A DNA stretch of 64,000 nt. It comes from Candidatus Latescibacterota bacterium. GTDB lineage: Bacteria > Latescibacterota > UBA2968 > UBA8231. Of the stretch, positions 31,377-43,954 are shown piece by piece; positions within the stretch are counted from its first letter, which is position 1, and each line of letters opens with the position of its first letter. The stretch spans positions 608,001 through 672,000 of the forward strand of contig CBDAOB010000003.1 of assembly GCA_965197905.1 (NCBI GenBank), in the 5' to 3' direction. The notes beneath the pieces are model-generated. The model had not been told where the DNA came from. It was given only the letters and a program-made list of their open reading frames with translations, and did no database searches. The position numbers and the translations under genes were made by a program.

Positions 31377-32276
31377 CTACCCGCAGAGACGTCTGTATTC
31401 GCGGTGCACTTCGGCATGGAGATCGGCGGTTGCTTCCGGGGTCTCGGCGTAGCCACCCGAGAGGAGCAGAACCATTGGAATCTTGGCGTCTAGCCCGGCG
31501 CGCAACACCAGGCGCTCGCGCTCCCTGATGCCTTCGTGGCTCAAGTCGAGACGTCCGTAGCGGTCGCCGGACACCGGGTCCACCCCCGCCAGAAAGAAGA
31601 TCAGATCCGGCGCTGCCGTAGCAATCACGTGCGGCAAATGGTAGCCCACTTGCTCCAAATAGGTCTCGTCGCCGGTGGCATCGGGCAATGCCACGTCCAG
31701 CGTCGACTCCGCTTTGACGAACGGGTAATTGCGTTCTCCATGCATCGAAAATGTATAGGTGCCGGGATCGTCCCGGAAGATGGCGGCGGTGCCGTTCCCT
31801 TGATGTACATCGAGATCGAGTACCAAAGCCCGGGCGATTCGCCCCTCGCGCTGCAAGACTCGAATGGCAACGGCCACATCGTTGAGCACGCAGAAGCCCT
31901 CACCGTGTCCGGCGAACGCGTGGTGGGTCCCCCCGGCCAGATTCGCGGCGACACCATCCTCAAGCGCCATGCGGGAGGCATTGACCGTACCCTGGACGGC
32001 GAGCCGAGATCGCCTCACCAGGGCGGGCGACCAGGGTAGCCCCATCTTGCGTTCCGCCTTGCGATCGAGGGTTCCGCTCCGCAGGCGATCCAGATAGTCG
32101 GTCGTGTGCACCAATGCCAGATCATGCCAGGATGCCTCGGATACCGCGGTCGAATTCGCACCGTTGATCAACCCCTGTGCCGTGAGGATCTCGAACAAGG
32201 CTGGAAACTTCCGCATCGGAAACGGGTGACCGTCGGGGAGTTTCACATAATATCCTTCGCAATAGCTGACTCGCAT
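31377..32276 (-). CDS. Histone-deacetylase-family protein (class IV / HDAC11-like)
   Basis: HPFPM.KF, GGTHHA, GFCVLND, DLDVHQGNG, AGVD, GGY. Confidence 0.93.
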   Translation of the reverse strand: MRVSYCEGYYVKLPDGHPFPMRKFPALFEILTAQGLINGANSTAVSEASWHDLALVHTTDYLDRLRSGTLDRKAERKMGLPWSPALVRRSRLAVQGTVNASRMALEDGVAANLAGGTHHAFAGHGEGFCVLNDVAVAIRVLQREGRIARALVLDLDVHQGNGTAAIFRDDPGTYTFSMHGERNYPFVKAESTLDVALPDATGDETYLEQVGYHLPHVIATAAPDLIFFLAGVDPVSGDRYGRLDLSHEGIRERERLVLRAGLDAKIPMVLLLSGGYAETPEATADLHAEVHREYRRLCG

Positions 32277-32432
32277 TCAGCGCGCCTCGTTTAATGTGTT
32301 GTCGCAGAGATAAGTTGACAAAATTCGGCCGCTCGAGGCGCGCGGTTCGCAAGGCCGCTGAACGAGTCGGACTGGTAGAGTACGGCGAGCGAAGTCAACG
32401 CGGCGAACCGCGATGAATCGGCGGCAGTATGT

Positions 32433-32448
32433 TGACAGATTTCTGTCA
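32433..32448. promoter_or_regulatory. Perfect 7-2-7 palindrome, putative operator
   Basis: TGACAGA-TT-TCTGTCA upstream of the HDAC gene. Confidence 0.4.
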
Positions 32449-32455
32449 CAGCACA

Positions 32456-33358
32456 TTAGGTGCCGGAACCCAATACAGACCGGAGTGCCGAATCCAAGCG
32501 CGCGTGGGCGAAGGAAAATCCTGTCTCTGATAAACGTTGAGGGACGGCGCGAGTACTGGACAGGAGGAGCTCATTCGCCATCGCCCCCAGAACGAGGCGC
32601 AAGACCCATGCAGGAGCGGGCAGAATAGCCGGTCGCCGCAGTGTCGTGCCCAAACATCGAGTAAACTCGGCATTGGTGACCGGGTGGGGAGCAACGAGAT
32701 TCACCGGACCCTGCAGGCTTTCGTCCTCGATGATGTGGCGTATCGCTGCCACCGCATCAGACAGCTCGATCCAGCTCAGGTACTGAGTGCCGCTACCCAG
32801 CCGTCCGCCGAGCCCCAGCCTGAAGGCGGGAAGCATACGTGACAGGGCACCCCCAGCTGGACCGAGCACCATTCCGAATCGAAGAGACGCGACTCGCATC
32901 CCATACGCAGCGGCGGCGTTCGCCGCTCTTTCCCACTCCTGGCTGAGCGCCGCAAGAAAGTCGTCTCCCGCCGGACTTTCTTCGGTCACTATCTGATCGC
33001 CGCAGTCGCCGTAGAAACCTACCGCCGATGCGTTGATCAGAACCGCCGGTGGATGCGACATCTCGCGAAACGCGTCGCATAAGGTTGTTGTGCTAAGCAC
33101 CCTGCTTTGCCGCAGACGATCGCGCCGTTTTGCGGTCCAGCGACCCGAAGCCACGTTTTCACCTGCCAGGTTAACCACCGCATCCAACTCGAACGGGTCC
33201 AGAGCGGGCAAGACGCCTGCCGCGGGATCCCACTTCATAGACGAGCTCTCCACAGCTTCCTGGCGCGTTAGGGTCTTGACCTCGTGGCCGTCCTGAGCCA
33301 GCGAAACCTTCAAGGCGGTTCCGATGAATCCGCTGGAACCGGCAACCAGTATCTTCAT
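32456..33358 (-). CDS. TIGR01777-family NAD-dependent epimerase (YfcH-like)
   Basis: GSSGFIG, VNLAGENV, SAVGFYG, RFGMVL, WIELSD, GPVN.VAP.PVTN. Confidence 0.92.
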   Translation of the reverse strand: MKILVAGSSGFIGTALKVSLAQDGHEVKTLTRQEAVESSSMKWDPAAGVLPALDPFELDAVVNLAGENVASGRWTAKRRDRLRQSRVLSTTTLCDAFREMSHPPAVLINASAVGFYGDCGDQIVTEESPAGDDFLAALSQEWERAANAAAAYGMRVASLRFGMVLGPAGGALSRMLPAFRLGLGGRLGSGTQYLSWIELSDAVAAIRHIIEDESLQGPVNLVAPHPVTNAEFTRCLGTTLRRPAILPAPAWVLRLVLGAMANELLLSSTRAVPQRLSETGFSFAHARLDSALRSVLGSGT

Positions 33359-34497
33359 GCCCTGGAACCCGTCTCGATTTTTGGAAGCACCTCCCGCAAG
33401 ATCTCGGCGAACTGGCGGCGCTCCTCCATCGTGCCCACGGTAACCCGAATGCACCGGTCCAGCGGGGCGATTCCAGGCATTCGCACAAACACCCCTTCCT
33501 GCAACAGAGCCGCCTGAAGGCCCCTTGCCCGGACGCCATTGCCGATGTCCAACGCAACGAAGTTCGTCCCCGATGGAAGCGCCGGCAGCCCCAGCTCCGC
33601 GCCCAGAGCGCGGTACTCCTCCCTGCCGCGGCGAACCTCGGAGACCACCCAATCCACGAAACCCTGGTCGCCCAGTGAAGCCAGGGCACCTTCCTGGGCA
33701 ATCCGGTTCACCCCGAACTGGTTGCGAATCTTGTTGAGCGCAGTGACCACCTCTTCGTGGGCAATGGCGTACCCTATGCGCGCACCGGCCATTCCGTGGG
33801 CTTTGGAGAAGGTGCGCAAGCGCACTATCCGCGGATCGTCCGGTTCCAGCTCCCACCGGGATTGGGGCGGGGCGAATTCGCAATAGGCTTCGTCGAGAAT
33901 CATTACGCAACCGGCGGGTAGGCGAGCGATCGCCTGTCTAATTTCGCCCGCCTCGTTCCAGGTCCCCATTGGGTTGTCGGGATTGGCGATATAGACCATA
34001 CGCGCTCCGGCCGAGCCTGCTGCATCAAGCAGGGCTTCAGGATCTTCGCGGTCGTTCTTGTAGGGGACGGCGATCAGCCGGCCGCCGAACCCGTGCACGT
34101 GATAACTGAAGGTGGGGTAGGCACCGTTGGAAGTAACCACCGGCTCACCCGGCGATACGAACAGGCGCACAGCGAGGCCGAGAAGCTCGTCGATTCCGGC
34201 CCCGACCGATATCTGGGAGGGATCAACCCCATGATGCCGGGCAAGCTCGGTCTGTAACGCGAAACACTCTGGATCGCAGTACCAGGCCGAGGTTCCCAAG
34301 GCGCGTGACATCGCCGCGCGCGCCCGGGGTGAAAGGCCAAAGGCGCTTTCGTTTGCTCCCAGACGGACCCTGAACCTGCGGCCCATCTGGCGTTCCAGAG
34401 CCTCTGGTCCGACAAATGGCACCGTGGCCGGTAACGCCGCTATCAGCTCGGTGAATGGAAGATCTCCTGGCAACTGACCTTTCCTGTTTGAATCCAC
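33355..34497 (-). CDS. PLP-dependent class I/II aminotransferase (HisC-like)
   Basis: LGANES, NPDNPMG, DEAY, RTFSKAHGMAGARIGY. Confidence 0.9.
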   Translation of the reverse strand: MDSNRKGQLPGDLPFTELIAALPATVPFVGPEALERQMGRRFRVRLGANESAFGLSPRARAAMSRALGTSAWYCDPECFALQTELARHHGVDPSQISVGAGIDELLGLAVRLFVSPGEPVVTSNGAYPTFSYHVHGFGGRLIAVPYKNDREDPEALLDAAGSAGARMVYIANPDNPMGTWNEAGEIRQAIARLPAGCVMILDEAYCEFAPPQSRWELEPDDPRIVRLRTFSKAHGMAGARIGYAIAHEEVVTALNKIRNQFGVNRIAQEGALASLGDQGFVDWVVSEVRRGREEYRALGAELGLPALPSGTNFVALDIGNGVRARGLQAALLQEGVFVRMPGIAPLDRCIRVTVGTMEERRQFAEILREVLPKIETGSRA

Positions 34498-34653
34498 GGC
34501 TTCAACCTTCTATCCTAAGGAAAAACCTATGACGTCGACACCGCGATTGTGCCACTGTCTTTCCATGCGCACGAAGCTCACCGCGCTTCCCTTGCTCCGC
34601 GCCAATGCTCTCTGCAGCTACCTCTCACGTCATAACCGCGGGGTTGCCTGAGC

Positions 34654-35343
34654 TTGGCGCCGAGACCTGAAGTGGATCAGGAGCGTCAGGTTTACGGGAT
34701 TCGAGTCCTGAAACCAGGCCATCCATCTCTGCGCAAACTCAAGTCCGCCAATATTCCCACGGCTCAGGGATTCAAGTACTGGAGCGCGACATGGCTTCTC
34801 CTGCACCATCTGAAGTCGGCGCAAATGGCTCCCGGGGCTCAGGTGTTGGACATCGGCTGTGGGTGGGGGTTCGCCGGCATCTACTGCGCCGTCCGCCACA
34901 CCGCGCAGGTAACCGCCGTCGATATCGACCCACGGGTTTTTCCGTACCTCGAGCTCCATGCTCAGCTCAACAGCGTCGCCATCGCGACTGTCGAGGCGGC
35001 GTTCCAGGAGATCGGTGAAAATTTGCTGCTGGGCAAGCAGTGGATGATCGGCGCCGACATCTGTTTCAAGGAAGAGATGATCGAACCGCTGTTGGCACTC
35101 ATCGAAAAGGCCATCGCGGCGGGGGTGCTCGAAATCGTTATTACCGATCCGGGAAGACCGGCGTTTGAGCGCCTAGCCGCCAGATGCAGGGACCAGATGG
35201 GAGCTCGATTCGAGGATCTGGCGAGCACCGAGCCCCTGGTAGACTGGGGCGGAAACCCCCTTCCTCTTCGCGGCCGGCTGCTGGCTATTTCGGCAGAATC
35301 AACAAAAAAGCGCGACGCAAAACAGGTGCGTCGCGCTACGTAG
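34654..35343 (+). CDS. Class I SAM-dependent methyltransferase (Methyltransf_16 / protein-lysine MTase-like)
   Basis: G.KYW, VLDIGCGWG, GADIC, DPGR. Confidence 0.82.
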   Translation: MAPRPEVDQERQVYGIRVLKPGHPSLRKLKSANIPTAQGFKYWSATWLLLHHLKSAQMAPGAQVLDIGCGWGFAGIYCAVRHTAQVTAVDIDPRVFPYLELHAQLNSVAIATVEAAFQEIGENLLLGKQWMIGADICFKEEMIEPLLALIEKAIAAGVLEIVITDPGRPAFERLAARCRDQMGARFEDLASTEPLVDWGGNPLPLRGRLLAISAESTKKRDAKQVRRAT

Positions 35344-35373
35344 ATCGTGTCTGGGCCGTCCCCGCGGGGTTGA

Positions 35374-35586
35374 CTAGGTCACTGGAACCACGTCTTGGGC
35401 TTGCGGGCCTTTCTGGCCTTGAGCCACCTCAAATTCCACCTGCTGACCTTCATCCAGGGTTCGATACCCTTCGCCGCGGATGCAGCTGTAATGCACAAAC
35501 ACATCCTCGGCGCCTTCGCGGGCAATGAACCCGAATCCCTTTGAATTGTCAAACCACTTTACGGTGCCGGTCTCGCGCTCAGCCAT
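35374..35586 (-). CDS. cspA: Cold-shock protein
   Basis: GTVKWFD..KGFGFI, DVFVHYS, GPQA. Confidence 0.96.
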   Translation of the reverse strand: MAERETGTVKWFDNSKGFGFIAREGAEDVFVHYSCIRGEGYRTLDEGQQVEFEVAQGQKGPQAQDVVPVT

Positions 35587-36021
35587 GACCGTTGACCCCC
35601 TTTCTGTGCGGGATATAGGTGCTACAGAAGTTCATTACCGCTACAGGTAGGGGACTACTTGAAGCTTCTTAGAACAACTGCCAACTACACCCATTCTGAC
35701 CCATGAAATATAGCTTACAAATTCAAAAAAGCCAGCAATTCGTGAGACCCGAAATTGCCCAATTTAGTGCCTGCCAACCTGAGTTGCTTGCACCATAGAC
35801 TTAGGACTTATGTAGTTGTTTATAAACATGTTATGCGTTTCATCCCGCAGCCGCTATACGAATTTGCATCTGGTTTTTTGGATAAAATTTCCTGTTTTCG
35901 TGAACCTGTGACACGCGGCAATCGGGGCGTTCATGAATTGCCCGCGGGTCGATTGTGGGGTTTCTTTTACCTAGATTCTGGCCGCAAGCGGATACGCCAA
36001 CTTACGAGGGAGGAGCATTGA

Positions 36022-36783
36022 ATGGGCACTAGATGGGACCTGGAGGACCTCAACCGGGCGTTTGCGCGGCAGGGTTTTGTGGTGTTGAGGCAGTTTTTCG
36101 ACGCCGCGAAAGTGGTCGAAATCAACCAGCGTATCGAACTCTACATCGACACGATCCTGCCTGACTTACCGCAGGAGGCGGCGTTCTACGAGGATCTGGG
36201 CGACGCTTCGACCCTCATGAGACTTCAGGGCATGGAAGACCACGACCCCTACTTCGGAGAGTTGTATGAGAATCCGGATATTCTCGCCCTGGCAAAAACG
36301 TTCATGGGCGACGAGGTGGAAGCGCAAACGACCCAATGGTTCACTAAACCGGCTCGCCTTGGCAGCGAAACACCACCGCATCAGGATGGCTTCTACTTTA
36401 AGCTGGTTCCGAATGAGGCGGTGACCCTGTGGCTTGCACTAGATCGCGTCGACGAGGGAAACGGATGCATCCGCTTCCTGCCCGGTTCCAACCTGCGGGG
36501 CATGCGTCCTCACCAGCTCTCGAACGTGATCGGGTTTTCCCAGGGTCTGACCGACTACGGGGAAACCGACCTGGAGGAGGAGGTTCCGGTGACTCTGGAA
36601 CCGGGTGACTTGACTGCCCACCACTGCATGACCGTACATCGGGCTGACGCCAACAAATCCGAGCGCCCCCGTCGAGCCCTTGGATTCGTTTTCTACGCCG
36701 CTGGAGCCAAAAAGGATCTCGAGCTGGCCGAAGAGCAACAAAAGCAGGTCATGGAAACCTGGAAGCGAGAGGGCAAGATCTAG
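36022..36783 (+). CDS. PhyH-family Fe(II)/2OG dioxygenase
   Basis: TPPHQD, WLALD, NGC..F.PGS, HRADAN...RRA; SD GGAGG. Confidence 0.9.
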   Translation: MGTRWDLEDLNRAFARQGFVVLRQFFDAAKVVEINQRIELYIDTILPDLPQEAAFYEDLGDASTLMRLQGMEDHDPYFGELYENPDILALAKTFMGDEVEAQTTQWFTKPARLGSETPPHQDGFYFKLVPNEAVTLWLALDRVDEGNGCIRFLPGSNLRGMRPHQLSNVIGFSQGLTDYGETDLEEEVPVTLEPGDLTAHHCMTVHRADANKSERPRRALGFVFYAAGAKKDLELAEEQQKQVMETWKREGKI

Positions 36784-36837
36784 TGTCCTGTCGCGGAGCG
36801 CCGCGTCCGAGTTCGCTGGGGACTCTGAACTTCCTGT

Positions 36838-37659
36838 CTACCCCGCCAGACCGGTGGTGATAAGAAAGCTCTTTAGCTCTTTCTCATAAGGCGCTTGCGA
36901 GTGGTCGAACCAATCGCCATGCCTGCCGGATACCTCGAGGAAAAAACGCGGTCCTTTCGCCGTGTCGAAGAGCCGTCGTCCGTGTGCGAACGGTATCAGG
37001 TCATCCCTAGGCCCGTGGACAACGAGAATCGGACACTGCGTGCCTTGCAGGCTTTCGATGGTGCTGTAACGAAAACGAGCGAGCTTCCGCGCCGGGAACA
37101 TGGGGTAGAGGTCTGCCGCCAGATCGGGAATGGATGTGAAGGTTGCTTCGAGGATGAGCCCTCCAGGATTGAACTTCGACGCGATGTGCGCCGCCATCGG
37201 TCCACCCAGAGACAGCCCGCAAACCAGAATCCTGTCCGCAGGGACATCGGCTTTGGCGATCAGGTGATGCCACGCGGCTTCGGCATCCATGTAGGTTCCG
37301 GCCTCCGATGGACTGCCTCCGCTACGCCCGAATCCGCGATAGTCGAAGACGAAGACATTTAGACCGAGTCGGTTGAAGGACTCGATTCGGTCGATCAGGT
37401 TGGAGACGTTGCCGGCGTTGCCGTGGCAAAAAAGCACGGTTCCGGCCGGGTTTTCATGTGGGACCCACCAGCCGTGGAGATCGGTGCCGTCAGCCGCCGA
37501 CAACTCGATGTCCTCGAACGCCAGTCCAATGCTCTGGGGCGTGCGGCTTAATAGACGGTCCGGGGCGTACACCATGTACCCCTGTAAGACGAATAGTGCC
37601 GCACCAAATATTGTGTACGCCGCGGCGGCCAGCAGAACCAGGTAGGCGATAAACTTCAT
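36838..37659 (-). CDS. Membrane-anchored alpha/beta hydrolase (ABHD13/Bem46-like)
   Basis: HGNAGN, DYRGFG.S.G.PSE.G, GLSLGG, HG..D. Confidence 0.9.
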   Translation of the reverse strand: MKFIAYLVLLAAAAYTIFGAALFVLQGYMVYAPDRLLSRTPQSIGLAFEDIELSAADGTDLHGWWVPHENPAGTVLFCHGNAGNVSNLIDRIESFNRLGLNVFVFDYRGFGRSGGSPSEAGTYMDAEAAWHHLIAKADVPADRILVCGLSLGGPMAAHIASKFNPGGLILEATFTSIPDLAADLYPMFPARKLARFRYSTIESLQGTQCPILVVHGPRDDLIPFAHGRRLFDTAKGPRFFLEVSGRHGDWFDHSQAPYEKELKSFLITTGLAG

Positions 37660-37847
37660 GGGACGGTATCTCTGCTATACGAGTGAGGTCGGAGGTTGGA
37701 CAAACGACAACCAGGAGACATCGCCTGGATGGCGTTCGAATATAGAAACTAGTTGCTACGGCCGCTTCGCCGGGTTTATTTTCTTGCGGTCTCTCAGCTG
37801 TGGTAAACGCTTTCTGAAAACTCAAACAAACGACAGCAAGGCGTAGA

Positions 37848-40040
<2,193 letters not shown>

Positions 40041-40098
40041 CCGAAGCGAAACCTCGCCTAGATCCCCCACACGCTAGCGTTCCACAACGCGACTGAGA

Positions 40099-40788
40099 TC
40101 ACTTCCGTCGTCGAGTTAGAAACTGCTTCTCCAGCTCATCGGCGCCGCGGATCGTCTGTTTGAACCAGGTCAGTCTCAGCTCCTGCTTCTCCACCTCCGA
40201 AAGCTGCCATTCGACGCCGCTTTCGCGCATCTGCTGTGTCAAGCGGCTGAGGATAAGAGCGGCGCAGACCGAGATATTGAAACTTTCCGTAAAACCGAAC
40301 ATGGGGACGTGGACAGCACCATCGGCCGCTTCCGCAGCTGTCGCCGTGAGACCCACTTCCTCGGTACCGAACAGAACCGCCGTCTTGATCGAAATGTCCA
40401 CGTCGGCGATCGTGGCAGCCTCGGCGTGGGGCGACGCCGCCAACAGGCGATAACCGCGAGTTCGCAGCTCGGCCACACAACGCTCCGTATTGTCCGTTTC
40501 GAGCCGATTGTACTTGTGAAGGGTAAGCCATTTGGAGGCCCCCATGTCGACATCAGGGCTCACCCGATAGACGTTCCGGTCCTCGATGATGTGAACGTCT
40601 TGGAGGCCGAAACAGTCGCAGGACCTGAGCACGGCACTGGCGTTGTGGGGCTGGTATAGGTCCTCGAGGACGATCGTCAGATGGCGCGTCCGCTGCTCCA
40701 GGACCTGGTCGATGCGGGCGCGCCTTTTCGCCGTGACGAACTGGGCGAAATATTCCACCAGAGCCGAAGGTGAGGGGCTCTCATTCAT
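40099..40788 (-). CDS. trmH: tRNA (guanosine-2'-O)-methyltransferase, SpoU/TrmH family
   Basis: [32 protein letters not shown]. Confidence 0.88.
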   Translation of the reverse strand: MNESPSPSALVEYFAQFVTAKRRARIDQVLEQRTRHLTIVLEDLYQPHNASAVLRSCDCFGLQDVHIIEDRNVYRVSPDVDMGASKWLTLHKYNRLETDNTERCVAELRTRGYRLLAASPHAEAATIADVDISIKTAVLFGTEEVGLTATAAEAADGAVHVPMFGFTESFNISVCAALILSRLTQQMRESGVEWQLSEVEKQELRLTWFKQTIRGADELEKQFLTRRRK

Positions 40789-41761
40789 AACCGTCGGGAT
40801 GCCGGCATTGCCAATCCCACGCGCTGCGGAGGATCTCCTCCAGACCGGGGATCCCGGGCGTCCAACCCAGGAGCTCGCGCGCCTTGTCGGCGCAGGCTAC
40901 CAGGGTGGAGGCATCGCCCGGTCGGCGGTCTTCCATGCGATATTCAATCGCGGTGTCCGTAACCCGTCGAGCCGTCTCAATCACCTCCAGCACGGAATAT
41001 CCGCGGCCATTTCCCAGGTTGACGAAATCGGATGCGCCCCCTTTCCGCAGGTACGTCAGGGATCGGAGATGGGCATTTGCCAGATCTGCGATGTGGATGT
41101 AGTCACGCACCGCGGTACCGTCCGGCGTATCGTAGTCCTCGCCGTAGACCGAGAGATGGGGAAGTGTACCTGCGGCCACCTTGAGCACGTTCGGCACCAG
41201 GTGGCTCTCCGGCTCGTGATCTTCCCCGTGATCGGCGGTCGCCCCGGCCGCATTGAAATATCGCAGCGCCACGAAGGACAAGTCGTAGGCGACGCTGTAG
41301 CTGGAGAGAATCCGTTCCATAAAGAGCTTGCTCCAGCCGTACGGATTTTCGGGCGACTGAGGGTGGGTTTCCTCCATCGGGAGCGACTGCGGCTCGCCGT
41401 AGGTGGCACATGTGGAAGAAAAAACCACGTGACGCAAACCGGCCAGCAGCAGTTGATCGAGCAGTGCGATGCCTTGCTGAACGTTGTTGGCAAAGTAGAG
41501 TGCTGGCTCCCGCACCGACTCGGGGACGTAGGCCAGCGCGGCGAAGTGCACACATGAGTCGACCGCATGTTCGCGGGCAATGCGGCCTATCAGCTCGGGA
41601 TCGCCTACCGACCCAACGTAGAGGGGCACGTCGTCGTCGATGGCAGCACGGTGACCGCGGTGCAGATTGTCCACTACCACCACCTCCTCGCCTCGGGCTT
41701 TCAACAGCGCCACGGTGGCGCTGCCGATATATCCACACCCTCCTGTTACCAGCACTGCCAT
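40781..41761 (-). CDS. galE: UDP-glucose 4-epimerase
   Basis: [13 protein letters not shown]...[34 protein letters not shown]. Confidence 0.95.
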   Translation of the reverse strand: MAVLVTGGCGYIGSATVALLKARGEEVVVVDNLHRGHRAAIDDDVPLYVGSVGDPELIGRIAREHAVDSCVHFAALAYVPESVREPALYFANNVQQGIALLDQLLLAGLRHVVFSSTCATYGEPQSLPMEETHPQSPENPYGWSKLFMERILSSYSVAYDLSFVALRYFNAAGATADHGEDHEPESHLVPNVLKVAAGTLPHLSVYGEDYDTPDGTAVRDYIHIADLANAHLRSLTYLRKGGASDFVNLGNGRGYSVLEVIETARRVTDTAIEYRMEDRRPGDASTLVACADKARELLGWTPGIPGLEEILRSAWDWQCRHPDGYE

Positions 41762-41835
41762 AAGCTCGATCTCGCCTCCTTGTCAAAGCTGCTTGTGGAC
41801 CAAACAAGCACGGCCTTTGAGGGGCGTCAAGCCGA

Positions 41836-41864
41836 TTGACAAACCGCACCGAGCTAGCGATAAT
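41836..41864 (+). promoter_or_regulatory. Sigma-70-type promoter
   Basis: TTGACA-N17-GATAAT upstream of the 41957 gene. Confidence 0.55.
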
Positions 41865-41956
41865 TGGGCCCTGCTCAACTCCCCCGACCTATCCTCCTCC
41901 TCACCCGAATTATACTGGTTTAGATGGTTGCAGTCGGCCAAAAAGCCCTGCGCGCC

Positions 41957-43683
41957 ATGCTGCCTCGTGATATTCACAAGGCTATATGGCGGCGCCTCGC
42001 ACTGCGGTTGGAGCACGGCGAGGTGCTCATCACGACGGGCGACTACATGCGCGTTCTCGAATCGGAATATGCCGCGCTTACCGGTGCGCCAGCAACACCG
42101 AATGTCGCGGGCGTCTTGCGACAGGCGATCGAAGTATACAACCACCGACATCCCGAAGCGTACGTGGCCCGCGGCGTGGTCAACTGCGTCAGCAAGGCAT
42201 TCCGCACCGGGGTCCGCCGCCTCGCATGGGACCCGATGAAGGTACAGTCGTCCGGCCCCCCAGCATCGTCCGGTTCAAGCGCCGGGAAAGGGTCAGGTCC
42301 TTCCTGGAAGACGTCCGCGTTCCGACGGACCGCATCGACCCTCGAGAGTGTATTCGCGTCGCGTTGGCGGACACCTCGCCGAGAGCGATTCCCTCCGCAC
42401 GCAATACATCGTCACCCGTCATTCTGAGCGATGATGTGAGGTTGGCCCTGCAGGCCGGCATGCTGGAGCAGGGCGAGATCAACGGTCGCCTGACGACCCA
42501 GCGGCGCCGGCGCGCGGCCCTGCGCGATGCGGAAGAGCGAAAGGTGCCCGGTCGAATCGAGGTTTTGGTCGAGCTTGGCCGCCTCTCCGCCGAGGATGGC
42601 CGAACCATTCAGGAATTGCAGCAGCTTGATCGGGACGTGGGGCCAGACTTGGCAGACGCTGCCCCTACCGGCGGTTTAGAGCTACTGCCCCCAGCCGAGC
42701 AAAGCATACTCAATGCCAAGATCAGGGGAGCCATCGAATACGAGGTGGGATATCTGGACATCTTCACCTCCTTGCAGCGCATCGGCACCGAATATGACGA
42801 AGCGCTCGCCTTTCTCGTCGGTCGGGATACAAACGGTTCATGTGAGGAGATCGCCGCCGAACTTGCGGGGCGCAGCAGGATCATCGACCGCTTGAACATG
42901 CTTGCGGATCGCGTCGACGGTGAGGTCAGCATGCTGGCGGTAGGGTTGCCTCCGTACGACAATCCCGAACTGAACGAGGGCGCCAGTAGCGAGCCAGATG
43001 AAGCCGTGTCCTTCGTCAAGAGTTTCAGGGAATTCGGCCTCGACGAGATCTCCGACCAGTTGTGTTCGGCCAATCGCGATGAACGAGCGCGTCCTGTGGC
43101 GGCGATGAACCGGATCGTGTCCGTCCTCCGCCAGCTCGCGAAACCGACTCCGCTGCGTCTCGAGGTGCGGGCGCTGAAGGTGCGGCAGAAGGTGGACGAC
43201 CTCTTCCGCTCGGGCGACGAGCCCAAGGCATTGCGTCAGGAGGCTCAGAGCATCTTTTCCATGCGTCTGCGGCGGATGTTCCCAGACCTTGCGGCGGAGG
43301 AACAGAGTGCCATCGAATCTCGCGCCGTGGAGCTGATCGACGGCGTCGAAGCAGCCATTGCTGAAGAGAGCCGGATGCGAAGGAGCCGTGCTCTCGAGAC
43401 CGCGGGCGGCTCGCCAGATCCGGAGACCGAAGCGCCGCACGCCGACCAGGGTTCGCTTACGCCCGAGGAGGTGCAGCAGGGAGCACTGATCGGTCGGGTC
43501 GAGACCCGCATCGCTGGCGAAATTCGCGCCATACCTCAGGTGATCATGGTCGATCCGGGCCACCCGGACCACTTTGTGGTCGGCCAGCGAGATGAAAACG
43601 GCAGTCTGATTCCGGCGCTCCGCCACGGATCGCGCAGTAGGGTCCGAAAGGCTCGCGACGGCTCCTGGCGCGTCGTTACGTGA
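41957..43683 (+). CDS. Large alpha-helical hypothetical protein; frameshift at a C6 run near 42256-42261
   Basis: ORFs 41924..42427 (MLPRDIHKAIW...) and 41986..43683 join as SSGPP/SIVRFKRR; no recognisable domain. Confidence 0.6.
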
Positions 43684-43954
43684 GCCAAGAGTTCTCTCCA
43701 CCTGAGATCTCTTCACCACCGCACCACCGGTTCCACGGATATGCGTTGGAGTTGTCGCCTAGGGTGACCTTGTCCTGCCAGAGACGTTAACTTCTTGTTT
43801 TACCTCAACTAAAGTGCCTCGCATGGGAAATGTTCCGCCCCTCCCGGAACTCAACCCAAGCTCTGTCTTTGTCGATATATCCATGTATATTCTATATATT
43901 ACGTGATTCTCGTCACAGTGAAGGTAACCGGAATCCTTATCGTTTAAGGCGAAA

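Noticed and set aside
35587..36021. 88-aa ORF 35755..36021 or an ncRNA in the AT-rich gap
   Set aside because: Atypical composition, no SD or motif; better explained as divergent promoters and the cspA leader; no recognisable RNA family.
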